Part shown: positions 1 through 11,771 of the stretch, in pieces
Numbering within the stretch: position 1 is the stretch's first letter
Layout: every line of letters starts with the position of its first letter
Source: Lingula anatina
Lineage: Eukaryota; Animalia; Brachiopoda
DNA length: 64,000 nucleotides
NCBI GenBank assembly: GCA_051362555.1
Contig: CM120645.1
Location: 6,014,001 to 6,078,000, forward strand
Direction of reading: 5' to 3'
Made by a program: the position numbers and the translations under genes
Notes under the pieces: generated by a model
Seen by the model: only the letters and a program-made list of their open reading frames with translations
The model's database searches: none
Told to the model about the DNA's origin: nothing

Positions 1-639
1 TCTTGCTTTGCTGCAATTGAACAAAACTTACCAAAGGTGCAGGTAAAATGTGCCAGAAGTACTCCCCACGAAGCAAATTGTATCTTATCTCAATGTTGTG
101 ATACATTAATGAAATAAACGGCTTCTCATTGGATACAACGGCCAAAGAGATTTTTTTCAAATCAAATTTGTCAGTGACATAAATTACCACAATGTATTTT
201 GCCCCCTCCATTGCATGATTGTAATAATGTAATAAAATCGAACGTTTTTTAACTCTGGTTAAATTGATTTTCTTTTCAAAATGTAATATATCCCACATAT
301 ACCACCAGAAAGTGAGGGTGAGTGTGTGCTTCTTCCATTGTCGTCTTTATAGCTAATATACATGTTTTCATTTGCCAGGAATGAAACATTTTGGCCAATT
401 CATCAATCAAAACTTGCAAAATATGTTAGCATCTGCAAGATTCCCTAATGTGGAAACCACAACTTACAGGTATAACCTCCTCCAGAGGGTAGCTGAAAAT
501 AAAACCATACCATAAAACATACCAGTATCCCACTGTTTGTGTTAGGTAAAATCAAGGAAAATTGATCGCAGAATCTGGAGGAGGGAGGATTCATAAATAA
601 TAGATATAAGCTGACAGATTGTCTATATGTCTTAAAATG

Positions 640-3600
640 GTCTGCTTTTAAGCAAAGTTGGCTAAAATCAAATAATCTTTACAAAAATATTAATTTATTA
701 AAATGTTCAATTGTCACTTAAACTGTGCCTTTTTTTAAAGCAATAAATGTTACTGGCCAATAAATGATGGTGTCATGGCAGGGCGGATGCAATCATACTG
801 ACATAAAGCCCATGTTCGACAAGAAGTAAGAGCTTTATGCTTTTTACAGGCTTCGCTTGAATGATAAGATGATAAAAATTTGGCATAAATTAAGGAAGTT
901 TATTGTCGGATATGATCGTCAGTCACCAGTCATGTGTTAATTTGAGAACAGCATCTGACGGACGAGTACGATGTAAACTCTAACGTGCGGACACTTGACG
1001 TTGTATCTCGGACACCTTGCCCGATAGGAAGAAGCCGCCAGTGACGCATGCGTAATCGACTTATCACGACGCCAATAGCAACTACATACAAGGATGCCTC
1101 ATATTAGCTGGAGGTCGCTGATATGATATACGGTGACATGTCATTTAATGCTTTAGGGGATTCACTGTTCAATCAGTTGACGTGTGCCCCACTGCTTGGG
1201 AATGTGGCCAATCTAGACTTTAAGTTCGTCTGTAACGCAGACGAGACTGTCACAACGCGAAGTCATAATTTGGGATTTTGACGATCTCTGTGGAGTAAGG
1301 TTTTTTGCAAACTTTTTAAAGTTATCACAAGCTTATAATTCTTTGAATCAACGCCATGGAAAAGCAAATCAAGATTGTGTTAACATGTGTAATAACATTG
1401 CTGGTAATCATACTGTCAGGTACGTAAAACTGCTTAACAATCAATATTGCTTAACACTCAATATTTTTACAGTTTATAGAATACAATTAAAAGGTACATA
1501 ATGTGCGTTAGACGTTTGTAGTGCTTAAAACTTATTGTTCTGGAAGTTTTGAATATTTTCTCTTAGTGACTAAGGTTTATTCCTAACAAAAACCATCGCG
1601 AAATCCCTTAATCCGTCTTCGAATTCTACATTTCTGATTATACTTTTACGAATGATTCTACCAGTCTCTATCTCATTGCAGGAGTGACACAAAATTAAAA
1701 ACACCGTAATCAAAACCATTGGAAAATTATGATGACTGTACATCTTCCTTTTGAAACTTTTTTTCTTACAAATAGTTCACTTTTATCTCCTCTAAAGGTT
1801 AAGATATCTATTAAACTAAATAGTTAAATATAAACATATATTATAGTGAATTATTTCACCTTCATTAATGCCATTCTTCATATAAAAAATAGGCGCTGTG
1901 TTTTTGTTAATTCGGAAGTTTTGATAGCTTGTGGTGAATATTTGGACACAAATATTTTCAGTAGATACGAAACAATGGTGACATATATTTTCTTATACAT
2001 AAACCAGTTGAATGTAGCACGGCCTTTTGAAGCGAAGGCGTACGTGATACACGTACTGAGTAATCACATCCGTTAATGCTTTATCTTTCCATTTTATCCT
2101 TAAATTTCAGTGCTGATACATCCCTGTAGAGTGACACATTAAAATTGTGATAAAACTGTCTGCATGTTTGTTCAACCTTAATAAATTTGCTTAGCGTCCT
2201 ATTTTGCCCTGTATGATATGTAACATCGCTGGAAAACAACCGACCTCAACGGGCCAAAAGTTTTGCACAAATTGAGAAGGAATTGAGCGGCGAAGATTTA
2301 TTGATTTTAAGCAATAAGGATATATATAGCTTTTTATAAAAAAGGAACGGGTATTGAAGTGAGGTCCTTATATGTACTGTAGTTGCTTTATGCTGTGAAA
2401 ACTACCTGCATGACTATAATAATAATAATAATAATAATAAATAATAATAATAATAATAACAGTGATGATGATGAGTTTATTAAGACATGGGAACCAAAAT
2501 AGTGCTGTCGTACAGAAAATGAATAAGAATAAATTTTACAAATTTACAAATTAAAATATTTACATATAATGTAGGATACGCAATAAGACCAAAATGAGTA
2601 TAAAATAAAATAAAGACTCGTTATCTTAACTAAAATTTTACACAAATATAATCAAAGGTGTAGAAACAATAATGGTTATATGAAAAGAAATGAAGATAAA
2701 GGAAATAAAGAAGGACAGTACATTAATCATACGAAGTGGTTGTATGTTTCCTTGATTTAATTAAACATGCTACGAGCATTAGTTACTAAACAATAAAACA
2801 TAGGAAGCAATAATTTGATCAAGTTCATTTTTAACTAAAGGCTTACTTTAGCCCATCGCTTTTTCTTTTACAGTGAACGGAGACGAATATTGCTGTCCGT
2901 ATTACTCGGCATTAAGCAATTACAGAAGCACGTTCTACTGTTCCGAGTACTGCTGCGGGACATCTACTTATAAATACTGCTGTGACTCGCTCGTTGACAG
3001 ATACTCCCCGAGTTATTCCTTTAGATCGTTATGCCCCGCCGCCCCCACTCCAACCACAACAACAGGTTCGTATGTCATAATTGAGTCGAGTTAGGGGTAT
3101 TCATTAAGTTCACGATGGCCAATCGCTCACGCACTGCTTCGTATGCACAATTGGGCTTGGTTATGGTCGGTGTAATTTTTCATTTTGTATTTATCGTTCA
3201 ATGATTCCAATGAAAATTTTGTGATATCTGACCTTGACCCGAATTTTGCCGTGACGTTTGATATTGTTGGTTACAGGAGAATATTGCTGCGCATATTACA
3301 ACTCAGATGGCACTTACATCAGGTCGTTCTACTGTTCCGATTACTGCTGTGGGACATCTACTGATAAATACTGCTGTTCCTCTTCATACTATAGATACTA
3401 TAAGAGCTATTCCTCTCTTTCCACATGTTCCGTCACTGCGAGCAGTCCAAGTGCCCCAGATATGTACGTATTCCAAAGTATGGTGTTCACAGTGTAAACA
3501 CGTCTTTGTGTGTAAGAATGTGGATTACCGTTTATGTGCATTTGTGTCTGTACATATTTTGACTGTTGTATGTGTACTTGTGTTTACACATTTTACTGTC

Positions 3601-4560
3601 TCGAATCACTTTATGGTTTGGATTAAAATTCTGGTTGGCAATAGCAAGGGCGATGACAAGGGCAAGCACAGAGGTCAGAATATATAAGAAAATATACGTA
3701 TAAACATACAGTGACTCTTAAATGATAATGAAATAAGTAAAAAATAATAATTAATACTAATGTAAGAAATATATGGTGTATGAAATATTCTACTTTTGAC
3801 TAATTTTCCCGTGTTAGAATAGACTTAATATTTCGTCTCTAGTTCTTATTGAAATAGGGACGTTTTTTTTTAATGGATGCACGGCCTTTATAAAACTATT
3901 AAATAATATTTAATTTTTTTCTCTTTTAGAATCGGTATCATAATTGGCTCTGTAGTCGGTTTCGTTGTCCTGTGTGTTATAATAGGATCTATCATCTGCT
4001 GTGCAACCGGGTGCTGTAATAATCAAAGGAGAGGAGCAGGTAAGTGAAAGATACATAATTAATACATGTGACTTTCTCCGTCTGTTAATGCTTTCGGGCA
4101 CTTAAAATATGCATCGAAAACAGAAAAAGTACATGGCAGAAGAATGTTTAAGTAAAGGGCTGCAGGTAATAATATAAAAATATTTTTTCAGTGACACAAA
4201 TCCCTAGAAATACCATTGTGTACACAACAACGACCATACCGGTAGGACAGGCCTACACAATCGGGCTGTCGTCACCTCCACCAAATACAGGGTATGGGCC
4301 AGGAATGTCTCAGCAGTTCGTTGCACAGGGGTCAGGGATACAGGAGCCAAATGTCGGGTATAGGCCAGGAATGCCACCACCAAGTACAGGACAAGGACCA
4401 GCATTGACACCCAATTCATTACCAGGGGTACCTGTACCTGCATCGGATGCACCGAGCGGATCCAGTAATGCCGAACCACCTAGTAATGCCGAACCCCCTC
4501 CCCAATATGCGGAAAAAGATGCTGCCGAACCCCCTCCCCCTTACCCTCCTACAGAGGATG
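640..4560 (+). repeat. Segmental duplication unit (promoter + gene), paralogous to ~6700-10720
   Basis: Colinear, highly similar upstream and intron sequence, e.g. 'gccgccagtgacgcatgcgtaatcgactta' in both units, and an (AAT)n tract at the same intron position (~2418 and ~8985). Boundaries approximate. Confidence 0.85.
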
Positions 4561-4625
4561 GAAACCCCCCTCCCGCTTACCCTCCCACAGATGCTGCATA
4601 CCGCCCAAAAAATAAAAAACGGTAA
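1356..4625 (+). CDS. Shisa-like single-pass membrane protein, copy 1 (two Cys-rich modules), ~328 aa
   Basis: Exons 1356-1419 (signal MEKQIKIVLTCVITLLVIILS), 2874-3065 and 3277-3463 (CC-x14-C-x3-CC-x7-CC-x16-C modules, e.g. FYCSEYCCGTSTYKYCC), 3930-4039 (TM IGIIIGSVVGFVVLCVIIGSIICC plus juxtamembrane Cys), 4192-4625 (Pro-rich tail with PPPQY, PPPPY, PPPAY). All junctions GT-AG and phase-consistent. Confidence 0.85.
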
Positions 4626-4788
4626 TTGATACCAAATATCCTATGCTATTTTAAATACTAGTTATGCTGTTCCACCCAAGAGTCAAAACTTGCTTTAACT
4701 GTTGTAAATTTGCAAGGCTTGGGTTTATCCTGTAAACTGCTTATAATATTCCGTCCCAAAGATTTTAATTGGGTTCATATAAAGGCTT

Positions 4789-5113
4789 TTAGCAGGTTGG
4801 GTAATGATCAGAATTTTTTTCGTTCATATAATTTCCAACCAAGCGGGCAGTATGAGGAGTAGCATTGTCATGCTGCAAGTAAAAGTTGTCCTGGAATATT
4901 GCACGTACTGTACAAATGGGATGGAATGGTTCTGTAAGGTATAACAAGGTGTTGTAGGGTGCTGTTGTTTTCCAAAAGAGCCAATTGGCTGACACCGATG
5001 GGGCAAAAAACATCTCCGTAAATGAACAGAACTGTTCTGCTTCCAGCGACCCCGAAATCTACATTTTCTTGTAGCACCTCTCCTCCAGCAAGAGGACGCA
5101 CACGCAGACAGCT
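4789..5113 (-). mobile_element. Degenerate Tc1/mariner transposase fragment
   Basis: Minus-strand ORF pieces contain FYLQHDNATPHTARLV (Tc1-type QxDNAxxH motif) and a decayed VLF-x-D motif, broken by frameshifts. Confidence 0.65.
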
Positions 5114-5625
5114 GTCACATAAGTTCCATACTTTATCTAACCAGAGAATTATATATCGTTGGTTCTAATAAAGCCATGATGCTAGCAGGTGCGTCTTTTT
5201 AATGTTTAAAACATTTTAAACACATTGATGTAATACGCTTTGCCTTTGTGAAAAGATATCTGCCTTCATTACAATGCATTTTATTCCGATGTATTATGGA
5301 TTTTTAATCTATTAGTTTTCAGAAATTAAAGAAAATTACTGCACACAAAGAATATTTGATTGAAACAATGTAGTTTTGATATTGTCTTTTTTTTTCATTG
5401 TAGCCAATAAACATTTCACAAAAAACATGAATGATTTTATTCCTAAAAAAAATAGTCAATTCTAAATAATGACCGATTCTAAATAATCGATAACAACTGT
5501 AAAAACGTTTGGAATGCTAACCTTAAAAAATCATTTTACTTCTCCCGCATGGCATTTCATAATTGCAAAAATTGTTCAGTTTACCTTATGGTAATGAAAT
5601 ACAGCTAAAAATATGGTTTTAATGT

Positions 5626-6290
5626 CAGGAATGTGAAACTTTTAAGTTACAAGTGATTTAAGCCTCATTGATATATCTCATATAATTTATAAACCGTTCA
5701 TGATGTTGCTTCAATGTCTTGCTTGTTATAATTGACATAACATAATTTTTATTTTATTATATATGAAGTTTTATTATTAAGGGTTCTTTTTTCTTTGCTG
5801 CAATTGAACAAAACTGACCAAACAGAGAATGAAAATGTCAGTGGTGTTAATCGCCTTTAAAACGATCTAATGCTATATAATAACTCACACTATTCTTTTA
5901 CTAGAGGGCCTTTCAATAAAAGCGGCCTCTATCGGCCAAATTTCGAACACCGTATTTGTGTTTGTCCTTTACTTATATATTCGCTTGGGTTAATGAGGAG
6001 ACATAAAGAATTGTAGCTTATATCAATGCTATATATTATATTAATAAAATAAGCTACCTTCATTAGATACAGTAATTAAGAACAACATCAAAATCGTCAG
6101 TGATATGATTAAAAAAAATGCACCTCCCTCTAACAAACTCATTAGTAGCTACATGCAAACATGACTCATTTCAGTTGGCAGTCGCTGATAAGCACATTCA
6201 ATACTTCATACGAAATGCACTTGGAAATCACTGTTCAATCAGTAAATGGGTGACCTGAAACGTGGGAATGTCACCTATCTAGATCATAAA
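5626..6290 (+). repeat. Intergenic/promoter duplicate of ~11013-11640 (also related to 1-190)
   Basis: Near-identical ~660 bp block starting 'caggaatgtga' and including 'tttgctgcaattgaacaaaactgacc'. Confidence 0.85.
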
Positions 6291-6329
6291 CTGTAGCATG
6301 TGGACCGGGAAATGTCGCTGTATACACGG

Positions 6330-6565
6330 CGGCGACCATAGGGCAGGGCTACCCAGTCGGGTTTTCATCACCTCCACCATATACGGGGTATGAGCCAGGA
6401 ATTCCACAACCGACTACAGGACTAGGACCAGGATTGGCACCCAATTCAGGACCAGGGGTACCTGCACCGGATGCACTGAGCGGATCCAGTCATGCCTAAC
6501 CCCCTCCACTGCACCCGGGAAGAGATGCTGCATACCCCCCTACCCCTCCCTCTTACCTTCCCTTA
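6330..6565 (+). pseudogene. Orphan degenerate copy of the Shisa-like Pro-rich last exon
   Basis: Aligns by eye with 4230-4600 ('tcacctccacca', 'caccggatgcactgagcggatccagt'), has an in-frame TAA and internal deletions, and has no upstream exons. Confidence 0.75.
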
Positions 6566-7430
6566 AATACCATATTACAGTAATCAAGGAAAATGATTAC
6601 ATTCAAAGAATGACAATTTTATCACAAAAAGTATAATTGTAATATTGTCTTTTACAATTTTACATTGTGGTGATTTATGTCACTGACATAATCTGCTATT
6701 AATCTGCTATTAAGCAAAGTTGGCTGAAATACAAAATCAAATAATCTTTGCAAAAGTATTCATTTATCAGTCATTTCAATTATCACTTAAACTGTGTTTA
6801 AACTATTAAAAAAAGCAATAAGTGTTATTGGCCAATAAACGATTGTGTCATGGAAGGGAGGTTGCAATCATGCTGTCATAAAGCCCATGTAGTACAATAA
6901 ATAAGAGTTTTATACTTTTTACATGCATCACTTGAATGATAAGATGATTAAACTTTGGCATAAATAAAGGAAGTTTACTGTCTGATATGATCGTAAGTCA
7001 CCAGTCATGACATTTTTTTTATTTGAGAACAGCATCTGACGGGCGAGTACAATGTAAAGTCTAACGTACGGACACTTGACGTCGCTTAAGCTACATGTAT
7101 GTCATGGTCACCTTGAAGAAGCCGCCAGTGACGCATGCGTAATCGACTTATAACGACTACAATAGCAACTGCATACATACAAGCATGACCCATGTTAGCC
7201 GGAGGTCTTATAAGATAAACGTTGTCATAAAATGTCATAAAATACTTAAGGGGCTCAGTGACGTGTGCCCCACTGCTTGGGAATGTCGCCAATCTAGACT
7301 TTAAGTTCCTCTGGACCGCAGACGAAACTGTCACAACGCGAAGTCATAGTTTCGGATTTTGACGATCTTTGTGGAGTAAGAGTTTTGTCTTCAAAGTTAT
7401 CACTAGCTTATAACTGCTTGAATCAACGCT

Positions 7431-8982
7431 ATGGGAAAGCAAGTCAAGTTCATGTTAACATGTGTGATAATGTTTTTGGCAATCAACCTGTCAGGTATGT
7501 AAAATGAACTGCTTAATAATTAATATTGTTACATTTTACAGAATACTTTTAAAAGACACACAATGTGCGTAAGACCTTTTGAGTGCTTTTAAATTAAAAA
7601 AAAACATATTGTTCTGGAAGCGTAGAATATTTTACCTTTGTCACTATGGTTTATTCCTACCAAAAACCATTGCGAAATCCCTTAAAGGGATAATAACTCT
7701 TCGTTTTGGCCAAAAAATGAATTTTCCTGGAGTAAACAACAATTTCCCCATACTTACCAATGGTTAGTGAACCATTTTTACATTCAAAGTTAGTCCCTGG
7801 TTTTTTTCTAAAAAGTTTGGTTTTTTGTTAAAATCTCTTAAGAGATTATAACATAGTATAGCCATCAATGGAGGTCATGTGATCTGAAGACAAGCTCAGA
7901 TATCAGAATAATAGCTATAACTGCTGTTTTTGTCGTAAAACAGAATATGTTATTTCTTTGAGTTATTCACAATGTTTTTATTGTGAAATATAGATCTCAT
8001 AGGAAGAGTTATTATCCCTTTAAGTTCTACATTTCTGATTATACTTTTACGAATGATTCTACCAGTCTGCATCTCAATTGCAGGAGTGACACAAAATTAA
8101 AAACACCGTCATCAAAACCACTGGAAAATTATGATGACTGTACATCTTCCTTTATGAAACTCTTTTTCTTACAAATGTTTTATTTTTATGGCCTCTAATG
8201 CTTAAGTTATCTAAAAACTTGAATAATTCAATATGGACATATATTGTAGTGAATTATTTCACATCCATTAATGATATTATTCATATCAAGAAAAATGTGT
8301 TGTGTTTTTGTTAATTCAATAGTATGATAAGCCTGTTGTGAATTTTAGACAAATATTTTCAGTGAATGATGCGAAACAATGGTGACATATTCCTTATTTA
8401 CAACCCAATTGAATTTTGCACAGCCTTTTAGAGCGAAGGTGTGATACATATACTGAGTAATCACATCCTTTAGTGCTTTATCTTTCCATTGTATCCTTAA
8501 ATTTCAATGAGTACAAAATACAATAAATACAATAAAATGGGTCGAGTGACGCATTAATAATGCCATACGTGATAAAACAATGTGTTTATATACTGTTCCG
8601 CAATAAATTTGCTTAGCGTCCTATTTTGAACTCGTATATATAACATCGTTCGCAAACAACCAACCTCAGGGGGACAATTATAAAAAAGGAATTGAGCTGT
8701 AAAGATATAATGATCAGGGGCAGACCCAGGATTATTTGAAGGGGGGTCGAACGGTGCCATTTGGTACGGTTTAAATCAGCTGGTCAAAATTCTAATTCCA
8801 ACAGGGGAATATAAATGTGATTTTTTTTCAGAAACCGAAGGGGGGTCAGGACCCCCCTGACCCTCCCTCTAAACCCGCTACTGCTGATTATAAGCAATAA
8901 GGAAGTATTAGAAAAAATAACGGGTATTGAAGTGAGGTCCATATATGGGGTTGGTTCCTGCTGTCTATGCTACCTGTATGAC

Positions 8983-9028
<46 letters not shown>

Positions 9029-10018
9029 GTAAATTTATTAAAACATATAAACCAAAAGGTTGAACTTGTACAAAAAATGAATAAAAATAAAATTTACATC
9101 TTAGAATATTTACATATAATAAAGGATACACAATAAGACCAAAATGAGTACAAAATAAAGCACAGACTCGGTAATTCCTTAACCAAAATCTTGAACACAT
9201 ATAATCAAAAGTGTAGATACAATTATGATTATATGAAAAGAAAAATGAAGGTAAAGAAAGTAAAGAAGGATAGTAAATTAATCATACTGTATGTTCCCTT
9301 GATTTAATTAAACATGCAACAGTAACTAAACATCATAACATTGGAAATAATAAATTAATCAGGTTCAATTTCAACTTGACGTTTTTTCCAGTAAGCGGGG
9401 GTGAATATTGCTGCCCATATTACACGTCATCTGGCAGTTACAGAGGTTCGTTGTACTGTTCCTATTACTGCTGCGGGACATCTACCAGTAAATACTGCTG
9501 TACCTCTGCATACGATAGTTACTATGATAGTTATTCCTCTCTTTCCACAGGCACCGTCCCTACGCACAGTCCAGGCAGTCCAGGTGCTTTAGAAATGTAC
9601 GTATTCCAAAGTATGGTGTTCACAGTGTAATAATGTTTGTTCGTTTTTTTTTTTTTGTTTTTTTTTTTTGTGTGTGTGTACTTTTATTTACATTTTGTAA
9701 CTGTTATATGTTTGCGTGTGTTAACAAAATTCTACTGTCTTGCATCATTTTTTACTGTTCTTCAAATTTTGATTGGCAGCACCAACGGCAATGACACTTG
9801 CAGACACAAAGATCAGAATATATACGGAGATGTATACGTAAAGTCAATATTAACAGTCACTGTATGTCTCCATAGGCCCTATATATTATATATATTACAT
9901 AGCAATGAAATAAATAAATGAATAACGATACTTATGACAACATGTAAAAAAAGTTTGCGTTTTTAAAAATCCTACTTTTGACTTATCGCGGGTTAAAATA
10001 GACTTAATATTTCGGCCC

Positions 10019-10051
<33 letters not shown>

Positions 10052-10529
10052 GAAATAGGGTCATGGTTTCTGAATGTGTGGCCTTTATTAAACTGTTAAC
10101 TCGGGTTTTGAATTTTTTCCGCTTTAGGAGCGTTATTATAGTTGGCTCTACAGTCGGTTTCCTTACCATGTGTGCCTTAATCTGCTGTTGCTATTGTAAA
10201 CGAAGGAGAGGAGGCGGTAAGGAAAAGACATGTGACTCTTTCCGTCTGATAATGCCGTCTGAAACTTTTTCAATTTGCATTGAAAACAAACAAAAAAAAT
10301 ACATGGTAGAAGAACGTTAACGTAAGGGGCTGCAGGTAATTCTATATAATATATTTTTTCAGTGATACAAACCCCTAGAAATGCCATTGTGTACACAACA
10401 GCGACCGTACCAGTAGGACAAGGCTACTCAATTGGGCTGTCGTCACCTCCACCAAATACAGGATATGGGCCAGGAATGTCTCAACAGTTCGTTGCACAGG
10501 GGTCAGGGATACAGGCGCCAAATGCCTGA
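7431..10529 (+). CDS. Shisa-like copy 2 (one Cys module, truncated tail), ~174 aa; possibly a pseudogene
   Basis: Exons 7431-7494 (signal), 9392-9596 (single module whose last Cys is Gly), 10128-10216 (TM plus CCCYCKRRR), 10363-10529. TGA at 10527-10529 where copy 1 has GGG. The downstream PY region is frameshifted and interrupted by a MITE. Confidence 0.75.
7686..8019. mobile_element. Kolobok-type non-autonomous DNA transposon (MITE)
   Basis: TIRs AGGGATAATAACTCTTC / GAAGAGTTATTATCCCT flanked by TTAA (7682-7685, 8020-8023). The paralogous intron of copy 1 has an empty single 'cccttaa' site near 1605-1611. Confidence 0.8.
8714..8883 (+). mobile_element. Short CAG...CTG MITE-like insertion
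   Basis: Absent at the paralogous position in copy 1 (~2300). A related copy lies inverted at ~23483-23645 (shared 'cggtgccatttggtacgg' and 'ccaggattatt'). Confidence 0.6.
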
Positions 10530-10719
10530 TATGGACCAGGAATGATACCACCAACCACAGAACTAGGACCAGAATTGACACACGATTCATTACCATGGGA
10601 ACCTGTAACTGCATCGGATGCACCGAGTGGATTCGGTAATGACCGGACCACCCAGTTATGCCGAACCCCCTCCCCAATATACATAAATAGATGCTACCTA
10701 ACCCCCCCCCCCCCCCCCC

Positions 10720-11005
10720 CCCGCAAGAAATCGCAGTAGAAACTCCAGCGCAGTAGACTACTGCAATCATACTGCAAACATGCTTCAAATCTGCTTCGAT
10801 TAGGGAGCTAATTAGCATATTTGAAACATGCTTCTATCATGCTGCTAATCTACTGCATTAATGCCCCTCTCTGTACAAACCTATGTACTTTTTGGAGTAG
10901 AATTGCAGTAGCTATACTGCATATATCTATACTGCAAATATGCTCCGCACCACTACTGCGTTAATGCTTCTTTGGTACTTCGATACTACTGCATTTTCGT
11001 GCGGG
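10720..11005. mobile_element. MITE with CCC...GGG termini (EnSpm/CACTA-like) inserted in the copy-2 last exon
   Basis: Imperfect TIR CCCGCAAGAAATCGCAGTAG / CTACTGCATTTTCGTGCGGG, internal repeated 'tactgc' motifs, flanked by CC. Confidence 0.6.
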
Positions 11006-11771
11006 CCTCCTCCAGGAATGTGACACTTTTAAGTTACAAGTGATTTTAGCCTCATTAATATATTTCATATAATTTATAAACCGTTCAGGATGTTGATTCA
11101 ATGTCTGCTTGTTGTTAATTGACATAACGTCATTTTTATTTTATTATATCTATAGTTTTGTTATTATGAATTCTTTTTTCTTTGCTGCAATTGAGCAAAA
11201 CTGACCAAACAGAGAATAAAAATGACAGTGGTGTTAATCGCTTTTAAAACGATCTAATGCAATATAATAACTCACACTATTCTTTTACTAGAGGGGCCTT
11301 TCAATAAAAGCGGCCGCTATCGGCCAAATTTCGAACACCATATTTGTGTTTGTCCTTTACTTATATATTCGCTTGGGTTAATGAGGAGACATAAAGAACT
11401 GTAGCTTATATCGATGCTAATTAGATACAGTAACAACATCAAAATCGTCAGTCAATATGATTCACCAAAATGCACCCCCTTCTAACAAACCCAAGAGCAG
11501 CTATACATATAAACATGACCCACTTAAGCTGGCAGTCGCTGATAAGAACATTAGACAGCTGATATGAAATGCACTGGGAAATCACTGTTCAGTCAGTAAA
11601 TGACCTGAAACGTTGAAAGGTCACCCATCTAGGTCGTAGGTTCGACAAGACCGAAGGCGGGACTGTCTAAGCATGTGGTCGTATTTTAGGATTATGACGA
11701 ACTATTTGAAGTAGAAGATTTTTGCGAACTACTCAAAGTAGTCATATACTAATAAATTTCATATCAACGCC

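Noticed and set aside
10527-10529. In-frame TGA as selenocysteine or programmed readthrough
   Set aside because: It aligns to Gly in the paralog, and the downstream frame is frameshifted and TE-interrupted, which fits a simple nonsense change.
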